Under the pieces are notes generated by a model. The model saw only the letters and a program-made list of their open reading frames with translations. It had not been told where the DNA came from and made no database searches. DNA of 64,000 nt from the NCBI GenBank assembly GCA_963786935.1, contig CAWBAN010000001.1, forward strand, positions 1,184,001 to 1,248,000. The letters are read 5' to 3'. Below, one piece after another: positions 51,776 through 61,402 of the stretch. The number at the start of each line of letters is the position of its first letter. Position 1 is the first letter of the stretch. A program made the translations under genes and the position numbers. The stretch comes from an uncultured bacterium (lineage in GTDB: Bacteria; Krumholzibacteriota; Krumholzibacteriia; Krumholzibacteriales; Krumholzibacteriaceae).

Positions 51776-53737
51776 CTACCGGATGAGGATCATTTTCCTG
51801 TTGTACGAGCTCCCCTCCGCGGTGAGCCTCGCGAAATAGATGCCACTGGGAACCGCTCTGCCCCGCTCGTCCGTGCCGTCCCACTCGATCCTCGATCTGC
51901 CCGCGGCGGGCCGCCCGGAAAGCAGGCGGCGGACGAGACGGCCCGAAACGTCGAACACGGCCAGGTCGACGCGGACCGGCGAACGCTCCGGGACGACCGA
52001 GCGCTCCGCTCCCGCCGCTCCCGATCCCCCGTTCACCACGATGTCGATCGCGGTGACGCCGCTGAACGGATTCGGAGAATTCATGCATGAGACAGCCGCC
52101 GACGCGTTCGGGAGCGCCTCCCCCACGTCCGCCACACTCCCCTCGGCTCGCGTTTGAAACCAGCTCCGGGCCGCGGCGAGCTCGTCGAACACCCGTGTCG
52201 ACTGGGCGGGATCGGGCCACGATCCCTTGGCGCGGGCGAGAAGCTCGAGACGCTCGATCCACTGGGCGAGGTACGCCGCGTCCTCGCGGTCGAGAATCGG
52301 CAGGCCCGCGACGGGGCAGTACACGGGGCTCGTATGCGCGACGAGGGAGTCACCAACCACGATCCATCCCCGCTTGACGCCGACGACGCGCGCGGCGATC
52401 CAGGAGCTCTCGTCGAGCGCGAGCGAGAATGTCGTGTCGGCGGACACGCGCGGCGGAACGAACCGGACGGTCAGCGCCGTCCCGCCGTTTCTCACGATAT
52501 CGATGCGATCGACCGGAGAGGAGCTCACGAGCGATATCCGTCCCGATACGATCGCGCCGGGATGCGCGAAGACGCAGCTGTCTCCGCTCGCGCGCCCGTC
52601 GATCTCGAATCGGGTGATGAGCGGCCCGTTCGTGACGAACGTTCTTCCGGCCGCGAGGCCGTCGAACCAGCTCCGCGCGGAGAAAACGTCATCGTCGACG
52701 CGGACGTACACGCGGAACCCCCCGAACGGATTGCTGTCGAGCCTGTTCCCCGATGCGTCGGTGCCGGCGCTCGCCGGCAGGCGGAATCCGCAGTTCAGGA
52801 GCCGGTACCACAGACCGAAATCGACGCCGCCGTTCCGGAAATTGCTGTAGCTCATCACGTCCATCGCGTCGACGCGGCCCGAGACGCAGTCGACGGGGAG
52901 CTCGCGCGCGATGCCGCTGCCCGGCCAGCCTTCCACCTGCTCGAAGTCGTCGGAGGGCTCCGGATGCGCGGCGACGACGATCGCCCCGCTCCGCGCGTGC
53001 GCCGAATCGGCCATATCCATGGCGAGCGGCCACCAGAGGGACGAAACGGGCGTCGCCAGCCACGTCATGCCGAGGTAACCGAAGTGCCCGTAGCTCGAGC
53101 TTCGCATCTCTTCGGACATGAACACGACGCAGTCAGGCAGGCTGCAGGACGCGGGAGCGCCGGTGAAATAATACGAGTTGTCGAGGCAGTTGACGACGTT
53201 GAGCCCCTCCGAGCGCGCCATGAGCAGCGCTTCCGCGGGGCCCAGAACGTAGCTTCCGCCGCTGTGGTTGATGTGCGTGTGGGCGTCGCCGGAATACCAG
53301 CCGAGGGCGTCCATCGAGACGAAGCGCTCGAGCGCGACGACGATCGACGTATCGGACGTCGCGTTCAGGGAAATCGAGACCCCGCGAAATTCGAAGCCGT
53401 GCTGGATGGTCACGGTGAGCGCTCCGGCGGGCGCTCGGCACGAGAACGATCCGTTCGCGTAGAAATAGCCGCCGCCCGCCGTATGGTAGAGCGACAGGGC
53501 CGGGGGCGGAAAGTACTTCACCCCCGCGGAGTCGACGAGCTTGCATCGGGCGGGGAGCGACGTTCCGCTCCCGGCATCGACGATCGTGCAGTGAAACGTG
53601 ATCAGCGCGGCCGCCAGCGGGGCGGGCGCCGCCGCGAGCGCCGCGAAGAACGGCGCCGCCGCGAGCGCCGGAACGGAGCGCAGCAATCCGCGGAGCGAAC
53701 GACGCACGACGAATCGCCTTCCTCGGCGGCGCGACAC
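51776..53737 (-). CDS. CehA/McbA-family (PHP-like) metallohydrolase with FlgD-Ig/T9SS-type CTD
   Basis: GWYSGDAHTH, GH, AHP, WYRLLNCGFRLPASAGTD, GRTFVTNGP, AHTSPVY; PNPF...WDG...SGIYF...KMILIR. Confidence 0.85.
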   Translation of the reverse strand: MSRRRGRRFVVRRSLRGLLRSVPALAAAPFFAALAAAPAPLAAALITFHCTIVDAGSGTSLPARCKLVDSAGVKYFPPPALSLYHTAGGGYFYANGSFSCRAPAGALTVTIQHGFEFRGVSISLNATSDTSIVVALERFVSMDALGWYSGDAHTHINHSGGSYVLGPAEALLMARSEGLNVVNCLDNSYYFTGAPASCSLPDCVVFMSEEMRSSSYGHFGYLGMTWLATPVSSLWWPLAMDMADSAHARSGAIVVAAHPEPSDDFEQVEGWPGSGIARELPVDCVSGRVDAMDVMSYSNFRNGGVDFGLWYRLLNCGFRLPASAGTDASGNRLDSNPFGGFRVYVRVDDDVFSARSWFDGLAAGRTFVTNGPLITRFEIDGRASGDSCVFAHPGAIVSGRISLVSSSPVDRIDIVRNGGTALTVRFVPPRVSADTTFSLALDESSWIAARVVGVKRGWIVVGDSLVAHTSPVYCPVAGLPILDREDAAYLAQWIERLELLARAKGSWPDPAQSTRVFDELAAARSWFQTRAEGSVADVGEALPNASAAVSCMNSPNPFSGVTAIDIVVNGGSGAAGAERSVVPERSPVRVDLAVFDVSGRLVRRLLSGRPAAGRSRIEWDGTDERGRAVPSGIYFARLTAEGSSYNRKMILIR

Positions 53738-53741
53738 GCGC

Positions 53742-56006
53742 TCAGCCCGCCTTGATGCCCCATTTCTGGAAGATCAGATCGACGATCGCGTTGACCTGGG
53801 CGCGATTGAAGAACCACAGCTCGAATCCGAAATGCGCGCTCGGCGCCGCCACGGCGACTCCCCGTTCAACGTCCGGCACGACGGCGGCGTACTTCGCCAC
53901 CCAGAGCGCTACCGGCGCGTTGTGCACGGGGGACACGACGTTCCTCGCGTGCATGCGATACATCGGATGGAAACACGCCTGTGAAGTCACTTGCACCTGA
54001 TTCATCCAGTACGCCGGATCGTAGATCTCGACGTAGGTGAATCCGCGCACGCGCGGATCGAAATAGCGGCCGGCCTTCGTGACCTCATCCCAGAGCGTCA
54101 GCGTCGCGGGCAAGCCGGGCTCGTGGACGGTGAGCGAATCGGTGTCGGCGCGCATCATGTAATCGGGGGCGTCGATCACCTCCCGGCGGATCCTCATCTG
54201 GGAATCCGTCCGGAACGTGGCCGAGATCTTATCGAGCATCGTGATGCAGTAATCCCGGTACGCCATCGTGTACACGCCGCTCGTATCCCCCTCGCATCCC
54301 TCCTTCGACCCCGTGATCTCGCAGCGCAGGTTCATCGGATACACCATCGCGTTCGGCTGCAGGATCCCCGCGAGCCCGCCGGTCCGGTCGGAGCGCCCTT
54401 CCGTCAGCAGGTGCCCTCCCTTCGCGAGGAATATCGCGAGGTAGTTGACGACGAGCTGGCTCCCCGTTTCGATCTGGCTCTCGGGCGTGAAGCGGACGAT
54501 ATCGTCCCAGCAGCTCGAGACGAGGTCGGACGAATAGGTCCAGACGATATTCTTGTAGCGGCCGATTTGGCTGATTTTCGGCGGGGAGTAATTGGCCCCG
54601 TCGTTCGCCGCGTCGTACACGTCGCGGGCGGGATCGAAATCCCTCGCGCGCCTGCAGAGGGCGATCCAGAACAGGTCGTGCTCGTCCTCCCGCGGCATCG
54701 CGTAGTCCGCCTGGGGGAAGTTGCTCGAGGGGAAATCGTCCACCCAGAGGAGGTTGCGATCCATCGTGAACGGCACGATGTTGATCTCCACCTGCCCGAG
54801 CGTCTCCGAGCCCGAGTTGTCCACGACCCGCACGAAAAGCGTGTGCACTCCCGAGTACCAGATCGCGGTACAACCGCGAACGTACGGGCTGCAGTCGGAT
54901 TCCCAGTCGCTCGGATTGTTCAGATCCGCCACGTCCCATCCGTACTGGTAGCACACGATCTCCCCGCCGTACTCCGCGGCGCTCCCCTCCCAACGGAAAT
55001 CGAGCTTGACGCCCGGCGGAAGATCGCGCTTCTGGGCGCGGAGATTCGTTCCGGTGAACTGGAATCCGCCGAGGTACGGGCACGTGATTTTCAGGTAAGG
55101 CGCCGCGGTGATGGACACGATGAACTGCCGGATGTTCACGCCGCGCGTGAAGATCGCGGACACGGCTCCCGCCTCGTCCTTCGCCTGCACGGCGAACACG
55201 TGCGACCGCCGCAGCTCGAGAATCTCCTCGTCCCCGAGCACCGTCGCGCGGCCCGAATCCCCGCGCGCCCGATACGAAATCCACGGGCTCCAGTCTTCCT
55301 CGTATCGCCACATGTTCTCGTTGAGGTCCCGGACGATATCGAAATCGGGCTTGTAGCCGTATCCCGGGCTGTCGACGCGGTGATACATGTACCGCACCGA
55401 TTCGGGATCCTGAACGTTGTCGGGCGAATCGATCGGATCAACTCCTCGCCACTCGAACCTGACGACTTTTCCGAGCGACACGGTCGCGTTCCGGTTGCTC
55501 GGCGGACGCGGCATCGTGATCTCGATATACGGGGCGAGGGTCCACGCGGTGAAGGAGCGGTACAAGGGCTCGGAGCGCCTCCCCTCGAGGTCGACCGCGC
55601 GGAGAAACAGGGTGTGGGCTCTTTCGCAGCGCGTGTACGAGTAATTGCCGTAATAGACCACTTCCGCCGAATCGTCGGCCGTTACCTTGAAGATGCTGTC
55701 GAACGCGGAGGTCCTGCGCCATTTATCGATGCCGGTCGTGTCTTCGCGGTTGAATCCGAGGGGGTAACCGTCGACGACGACGAACTCGAAGTGCCCGATC
55801 TCGCCGTCGGGATCCCACCCGCCCCAGTAGAAATGCACCTGATACCCCGTCGTCGTCCCCTCGACCGGACCGCTCGAAAGCCACACCTCGGGGCTCTTGT
55901 TATCGGCGCCCGCGCCGATCAACGAGTCTTCGGAGCATCCGAATACGGCGGCGAGGATCGTTATCGCCGCTGCGGCGAGCGATCGGGCCGCAATTCTCAC
56001 CTTCAC
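53742..56006 (-). CDS. Large uncharacterised lipoprotein; close paralog of 847..3138
   Basis: GTG at 56006 with GGAGGT RBS; lipobox VFG-C; long identical peptide blocks shared with 847..3138. Confidence 0.8.
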   Translation of the reverse strand: MKVRIAARSLAAAAITILAAVFGCSEDSLIGAGADNKSPEVWLSSGPVEGTTTGYQVHFYWGGWDPDGEIGHFEFVVVDGYPLGFNREDTTGIDKWRRTSAFDSIFKVTADDSAEVVYYGNYSYTRCERAHTLFLRAVDLEGRRSEPLYRSFTAWTLAPYIEITMPRPPSNRNATVSLGKVVRFEWRGVDPIDSPDNVQDPESVRYMYHRVDSPGYGYKPDFDIVRDLNENMWRYEEDWSPWISYRARGDSGRATVLGDEEILELRRSHVFAVQAKDEAGAVSAIFTRGVNIRQFIVSITAAPYLKITCPYLGGFQFTGTNLRAQKRDLPPGVKLDFRWEGSAAEYGGEIVCYQYGWDVADLNNPSDWESDCSPYVRGCTAIWYSGVHTLFVRVVDNSGSETLGQVEINIVPFTMDRNLLWVDDFPSSNFPQADYAMPREDEHDLFWIALCRRARDFDPARDVYDAANDGANYSPPKISQIGRYKNIVWTYSSDLVSSCWDDIVRFTPESQIETGSQLVVNYLAIFLAKGGHLLTEGRSDRTGGLAGILQPNAMVYPMNLRCEITGSKEGCEGDTSGVYTMAYRDYCITMLDKISATFRTDSQMRIRREVIDAPDYMMRADTDSLTVHEPGLPATLTLWDEVTKAGRYFDPRVRGFTYVEIYDPAYWMNQVQVTSQACFHPMYRMHARNVVSPVHNAPVALWVAKYAAVVPDVERGVAVAAPSAHFGFELWFFNRAQVNAIVDLIFQKWGIKAG

Positions 56007-56099
56007 GCGTTTACCTCCACGCCACCGGGTCTTCCGCCGGTTTCGCATTGCCGCTCGCTTGAAATATAACAGGACGGAGGGACGTAATGAAAATGCTTT

Positions 56100-57878
56100 T
56101 TAAGAGCGGCTTTTAGAGGGGCGCATCGAGAAGAAAAGCGCGAGCCCGGCGGCGCAGGCGCAGGCGAGGAGCGCAACCGCGGCGCCTGCACGGCCCAGCA
56201 CGAGATTCCCGATCCCGAAGAGGGCGAGATAGAGCGCCGCGACGCCGCACACGATTCTGAACGCCGTGCGCAGACCCGGCCGGGCGCCCGGCTCCGCCGG
56301 CTCCGGGCCGCTGAACGAGCGCCATCCCGGCCCCCCCGGGTGGCAGCGCTCGTAGAATCGTTCCAGGTGGCCGCGGCTGACCGGCGGCGTGAGGAGCGTC
56401 ACCGCGACCCACACGATGATCGCCGCGAACGCGGTGAGCGCCGTCGAATAGGGGAACCGGATCCAGGCCGCGTCTCGTACGCCGGGATTGCCGGAGAGAA
56501 TCCCGAGGACGGCCGTCGCAACGAGCGCGGTCGCCATGGCGGCGATCTCCGACCACGCGTTGACCCGCCACCAGTACCAGCGCGCCACGTACACCGAGCC
56601 GACGCCGGCCGTCACCGAGATGATGAGCTTCCACGCGAAGGAGATGTCCTTCACGGCGAACGAGGCGAGCGCCCCGAGTACCGCGAGCCCGATCACCGAG
56701 ACCTGCGCGGCGACGAGGTACTGCCGGTCGGTTCTGCCTTTCCAGACGAAGCGCCGGAGCAGATCGTTCACCATGAGGGACGAGCCCCAGTTGAGCTGGG
56801 TGCTCTCGGTCGACATGAACGCCGCGAAGAACGAGGCGAGCACGAGCCCGAAGAGCCCCGGCGTCAGGACGGTCCGCATAACCAAGGGATAGAGGCGCTC
56901 GGGATCGTCGACCTTGCCGAAGAGCGCCATGCCGCAGAGTCCCACGACGATCCACGGCCACGGGCGAAGCGCGACGTGGGCGACGCTGAACCAGAGATAT
57001 CCGAACACGGAGTGGCGCTCGTTCTTCGCGGCGAAGAGCCGCTGCGCGAGATAGCCTCCGCCGTCGATCGTGTAGGACGCCCACCAGACGACGAGAACGA
57101 GCACGAGGAACTCCGTGAACGGATTCGCCGCGAGGACCGGCGCGGCTTTCGGGATGATCCGGAACGTTTCGTCGAGGGGGAACCCGTGCGCGGCGATCGC
57201 CTCCCGGATCGGACCCCAACCGCCCGCCGCGCGGAACGCGAGGATAGCCGTCGCGATGCAGCCCCCCATGGCGAGGATGAACTGGAAGAAGTCGGTGATC
57301 ACCACCCCCCACAGTCCGGAGATGGTCGTGTAGGCGACCGTCACGACGAACAGGACGAGGACGGTGAACGATTCCGCGTCCATGCCGGCGATCGTCTGCG
57401 CGTCATCCCACCCCATGATGACGACGATGATCTTCACCATCGCGCGCATGACCCAGGCGATGATGAGCACGTTCTGCAGGACGCCGAACCAGATCGCCCG
57501 GTAGCACCGGAGGATCGCGGCCGGCTTCCCGTCGTAGCGGAGCTCGACGAACTCGGCGTCTGTCGTTATCCGCGCCCGGTGCCACAGGTGCGAGAAGAGG
57601 AACACGGTCACGATCCCGCCGATCCCCCACTGCCACCAGAGCCAGTTCTGCCAGATCCCGCCCTTCGCGACGAGGCCGGATACGACGAGGGGCGTATCGG
57701 CGGCGAAGGTGGTCGCCACCATCGACGTCCCGATGAGCCACCAGGGGAGCGTGCGGCCCGAAACGAAGTATTCCTCGGTATTCCGCGTCGCGCGTCTCCG
57801 CAGCACGATGCCGATGCCGAAGGAGCACACGAGGTACGCCGCGATGATGACGATATCGAGCGCCGTCAAGCGAGCCAT
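56100..57878 (-). CDS. Sodium:solute symporter (SSS family)
   Basis: YFVSGRTLPWW, SMVATTFAADTP, YTTISGLWGVVITD, AQRLFAAK, AAFMST. Confidence 0.92.
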   Translation of the reverse strand: MARLTALDIVIIAAYLVCSFGIGIVLRRRATRNTEEYFVSGRTLPWWLIGTSMVATTFAADTPLVVSGLVAKGGIWQNWLWWQWGIGGIVTVFLFSHLWHRARITTDAEFVELRYDGKPAAILRCYRAIWFGVLQNVLIIAWVMRAMVKIIVVIMGWDDAQTIAGMDAESFTVLVLFVVTVAYTTISGLWGVVITDFFQFILAMGGCIATAILAFRAAGGWGPIREAIAAHGFPLDETFRIIPKAAPVLAANPFTEFLVLVLVVWWASYTIDGGGYLAQRLFAAKNERHSVFGYLWFSVAHVALRPWPWIVVGLCGMALFGKVDDPERLYPLVMRTVLTPGLFGLVLASFFAAFMSTESTQLNWGSSLMVNDLLRRFVWKGRTDRQYLVAAQVSVIGLAVLGALASFAVKDISFAWKLIISVTAGVGSVYVARWYWWRVNAWSEIAAMATALVATAVLGILSGNPGVRDAAWIRFPYSTALTAFAAIIVWVAVTLLTPPVSRGHLERFYERCHPGGPGWRSFSGPEPAEPGARPGLRTAFRIVCGVAALYLALFGIGNLVLGRAGAAVALLACACAAGLALFFSMRPSKSRS

Positions 57879-57903
57879 GGCGGTCAGCGGGGCTCCCTCT
57901 CCC

Positions 57904-58695
57904 CTAGAATGAAACGGTGATGCCGAGTTGAAACGCGACGCCGCTCAGATCCACCGAGCCTTCGCCGTACACGTCCTTGTCGGCCGTCGATTCGGGCGCG
58001 AACGTCACGACACCGTCCGCGTCCGTGTATGAGGCGAGAAAAACCGGCGACGTGCTGCCGTCCGGATTCGTCCGGTTCCCCTCGAATCCCGTGACGACGG
58101 CGTACCGCAGCTTGACGCCGGCCTCCAGCCGCACCGTGGGCGCGAGATCGAATTCGAGCGCCGCGCCGCCGTGGACGCCGAAGCCCCACGCGGAGAGATC
58201 CGCGCTCGCCTCGGCCGGAGACGATCCGCCGCCCGTGCTCTCGTCGAACGCGAGGCTCGCGCGGTACGCGCCGGCGCCGAGGAAGACATTCGTTTTCGCG
58301 AACGGCAGAGGCGGCAGGTCCAGATACGCGGTGACCGTGAGGGGGTACGCCCTCATCGTATGTTCGTACGAGTAGTCGCCGAGCCCCGTCTCCATATCGT
58401 ACGCCGATTTCCCGAATAGAATTCCGCCCCCCGCGGCGACGTCCAGCCGCGGCAGGAGCGAAACGAAAATCTCGCCGCCGAACTCGGGGATCCAGTGAAT
58501 GGCGTCGATTTCACCCGAGCCTCCCGAGGCCGGAATCGCTTCCGAGTTCATATACTCCACGGCGTCGTTAAAATCGCCGTAGGAGACGTAGCTCAGGCCG
58601 CCGGTCGCGCGCACGCCGACGACCGTCGCGGCGCCCTGCGCCGCAAGCAGAGCAATACACGCGAGAAACGCAGCCGCTCCCGCACACCGTTTCAT
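57904..58695 (-). CDS. Outer-membrane beta-barrel protein (OmpW/OmpA-like)
   Basis: Signal peptide, amphipathic strands, ends FQLGITVSF. Confidence 0.75.
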   Translation of the reverse strand: MKRCAGAAAFLACIALLAAQGAATVVGVRATGGLSYVSYGDFNDAVEYMNSEAIPASGGSGEIDAIHWIPEFGGEIFVSLLPRLDVAAGGGILFGKSAYDMETGLGDYSYEHTMRAYPLTVTAYLDLPPLPFAKTNVFLGAGAYRASLAFDESTGGGSSPAEASADLSAWGFGVHGGAALEFDLAPTVRLEAGVKLRYAVVTGFEGNRTNPDGSTSPVFLASYTDADGVVTFAPESTADKDVYGEGSVDLSGVAFQLGITVSF

Positions 58696-58735
58696 GCCTC
58701 TCTCCTTCCCGCGCCGCCCGCGCCGCGCATGCGCG

Positions 58736-59404
58736 CTACCGCTTTTCCTTGAGCGTCTTGATCTTCTGAATATCGATGCGTTTCCCGATCACGATGAGGA
58801 TGTCGCTGTGCTTGATGACGAAGCTCGCCGGCGGAACGAGAATGAAATTCTCGGGAACGAGCTCCTTGATGCCGATCACGGTGATCCCGTAGCGGGAGCG
58901 CAGCTGCAGCTCGGCCAGCGATTTTCCGACGAACGCATCGAGCGGGGCGATCTCGGCGATGAGGTAATCCCCCGACATCGGGATGTAGTCGAGCACGTCG
59001 GGCGTCGAGAGGCTTCGGGCGACCTTCACCGCCATGTCCTTCTCGGGAAAGATCACGTCCGACGCGCCGACCTTGCTCAGGATCTTTCCGTGATCCTCGT
59101 TCGACGCCTTGACGACGATCCGCTTCACGCCGAATTCCTTGAGATAAAGGGTGATGAGGGTGGCGGCGCTCTCGTTCCCGCCCATACTCACGATGACCGC
59201 GTCCATCTCCTCGAGCCCGAGCCCCCTGATCGTCTCCTTCTGCGTCGCGTCGGCGACGATCGCCTGCGTGCAGTACGGCTGGACCCGCTGCGTGGCGTCC
59301 TCGTCGAGATCGACCGCCACCACGTCGTGCCCTTCCTCGAAGAGCGTCTTCGTGACGTTGAACCCGAAGTTGCCGAGCCCGATCGTCGCGTATTTCTTGC
59401 TCAT
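58736..59404 (-). CDS. ktrA: TrkA/KtrA potassium uptake regulatory subunit (RCK-N + RCK-C)
   Basis: IGLGNFG Rossmann motif, FPEKDMA, GKSLAEL. Confidence 0.9.
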   Translation of the reverse strand: MSKKYATIGLGNFGFNVTKTLFEEGHDVVAVDLDEDATQRVQPYCTQAIVADATQKETIRGLGLEEMDAVIVSMGGNESAATLITLYLKEFGVKRIVVKASNEDHGKILSKVGASDVIFPEKDMAVKVARSLSTPDVLDYIPMSGDYLIAEIAPLDAFVGKSLAELQLRSRYGITVIGIKELVPENFILVPPASFVIKHSDILIVIGKRIDIQKIKTLKEKR

Positions 59405-59437
59405 GATCCGTTCCCTTTCCTTTCGATCAGAGATGAA

Positions 59438-60787
59438 TTATCCGATCATCACCTTTTCCGGCGTGTACCGGTACGTATCGACGATGCGCCTGCTCGTCAC
59501 GACGTACGCGACGGTCAGGAGCCCCACCCTGCCGAGGAGCATGATCGCGATGATGGTGATCTTCCCGATGACGTTGAGGGAAGACGTCACCCCCATCGAG
59601 AGGCCGACCGTGCCGAAGGCGGAAACCGATTCGAAGAGATACGCGAGAAAATCCTCGCGGACCAACTCGGGCTGCGTAATGAGGAGCACGATGAGCCCGG
59701 CGGTGAGGACGATGACGGCGAGAATGAAGATCGAGAGCGATTTCGAAACCGTCTCGTTCGGAATGGTCCGTTTGAAGAGGCTCGCCGAATGCCTTCCCCT
59801 GATCCGGTCGTTGAGAATCGCGACGAGGACCCCGAGCGACGTCGTCTTGATGCCGCCGCCGCACGATCCGGGGCTCGCCCCCACGAACATGAGAATGATG
59901 AGGATGAAGAGCGTCGCGAGGGTCAGCGAGCCGATATCGAGCGTGTTGAAGCCCGCCGTGCGCGCCGTGATGGACTGGAAGATCGATGCGAGCACCTGCT
60001 CTCCGATCCCGAGCGAGGCCATCTGGTGATTCCGCTCGAGGAGAAAAACGAGCAGCGCGCCCGCGACGATGAGGATGAGGGTCATCGTGAGAACGATCCT
60101 CGAGTGGAGCGAAAGCGTCGTGCGCTTGCCCGCGCGGAGATTCCGGATGCGGCTGTACAGCTCGTAGATCACGGGGAACCCGATGCCGCCGATAACGATG
60201 AGCGAGCAGATCGTCGCGTTGAGGAGAATGCTCCCCCGCCACGTCACGAAGCTCGTGGGGAAGAGCGCGATGCCGGCGTTGCAAAAGGCCGATATCGAGT
60301 GGAAAAGCCCCGCGTAGATAGCCGGACCGGCCGGCATCTCTCCCCGCCACTGGACGAAGAGAAGCAGCGCCCCGACGATCTGGATCGACAGGGTGAAGAG
60401 AAATATCAGCTTGAGAAGGCCCTTCATATGCCGGTGCGGCGACGACGCGAAGGACTCGGTGATGATCCAGCGCCCCCGCGTGCTGAAACCCCGGCCGAGA
60501 AACAGGAAGAAGACGACGGAGAACGTCATGACGCCGAGCCCCCCGATCTCCATGAGCGCCATGATCACCGTCTGCCCGAAGAGGGTGAAGGTAGTGCCGA
60601 TGTCGACGGTGGTGAGGCCCGTGACGCAGAGGGCCGAGGTGGCCGTGAAAAGCGCATCGATGAGCGGGACGACCCGGCCCGTTGAAGAAACGGGGAGGGA
60701 AAGGAGCATCGTGCCGAGCAGATCGACGATGAGATAGCTGTAGATGATGATCATGGCGGGGTTCATTTTTCGAAAATGCTCCGCCAT
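59438..60787 (-). CDS. ktrB: TrkH/KtrB potassium uptake membrane subunit
   Basis: TATSALCVTGL, SAFCNAG, RTAGF, GSCGGGIKT, SAFGTVGLS, GRVG. Confidence 0.92.
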   Translation of the reverse strand: MAEHFRKMNPAMIIIYSYLIVDLLGTMLLSLPVSSTGRVVPLIDALFTATSALCVTGLTTVDIGTTFTLFGQTVIMALMEIGGLGVMTFSVVFFLFLGRGFSTRGRWIITESFASSPHRHMKGLLKLIFLFTLSIQIVGALLLFVQWRGEMPAGPAIYAGLFHSISAFCNAGIALFPTSFVTWRGSILLNATICSLIVIGGIGFPVIYELYSRIRNLRAGKRTTLSLHSRIVLTMTLILIVAGALLVFLLERNHQMASLGIGEQVLASIFQSITARTAGFNTLDIGSLTLATLFILIILMFVGASPGSCGGGIKTTSLGVLVAILNDRIRGRHSASLFKRTIPNETVSKSLSIFILAVIVLTAGLIVLLITQPELVREDFLAYLFESVSAFGTVGLSMGVTSSLNVIGKITIIAIMLLGRVGLLTVAYVVTSRRIVDTYRYTPEKVMIG

Positions 60788-60855
60788 CCGCCGCTTGAAG
60801 GCGCGATTCGACTGGAACGTCCCCTGCACGTCCTGCAGGGCGAGCCCGATATCCC

Positions 60856-61215
60856 TTATCTCACGAATCCGATGCAGCTCCCGGTTTTGGCGTCGGCGCC
60901 CAGCTCGTCCGCCGCCGCTTTCGCGGCGTCCTCTTTTCTGAACCTGATCAACGTGTGAATGATCCGCCACGGGATGAGGATATCGACCTCGTTCCGCTCG
61001 ATCTTCCGCCGGCGCTTCGGAATGTAGCGCCCCTGCGCGTCCTTGATCTCGACCGCGGCGAATCGCTTGTTTTCCACCCAGACGCCGATCTCGTCCACCG
61101 CCGTCACCCTGCAGAAGAACGGCCCGTCCTCGGGGACCCCGATGAACGAAAGCCCCTCGTTGCTCGAGAGCTTGACGAGCACGGTCTGATCGATGAGGTC
61201 CCGGGCATCCTGCAT
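60856..61215 (-). CDS. Small hypothetical protein, possible Sm/LSm-like fold
   Basis: Start MQDARD with AAGGGGA RBS; LIDQTVLVKL...VTAVDEIGVWVE...ILIPWRII. Confidence 0.65.
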   Translation of the reverse strand: MQDARDLIDQTVLVKLSSNEGLSFIGVPEDGPFFCRVTAVDEIGVWVENKRFAAVEIKDAQGRYIPKRRRKIERNEVDILIPWRIIHTLIRFRKEDAAKAAADELGADAKTGSCIGFVR

Positions 61216-61402
61216 CGCTGTCCCCTTTCGATCGGGCGCCGGACGGAACGCCGCGCGCCGGGCGGAACACGTTGAATTTCCGCAGAGTGTGAAGCTTGAA
61301 CGGGAAAAATTCAAATAAAAACGGTGCGGCGGGCGCACAAATCAACGCAACACCCTATCAATAATGGAATTAAACCATGGTTCAGAGCTGCGGCAATCGG
61401 CA

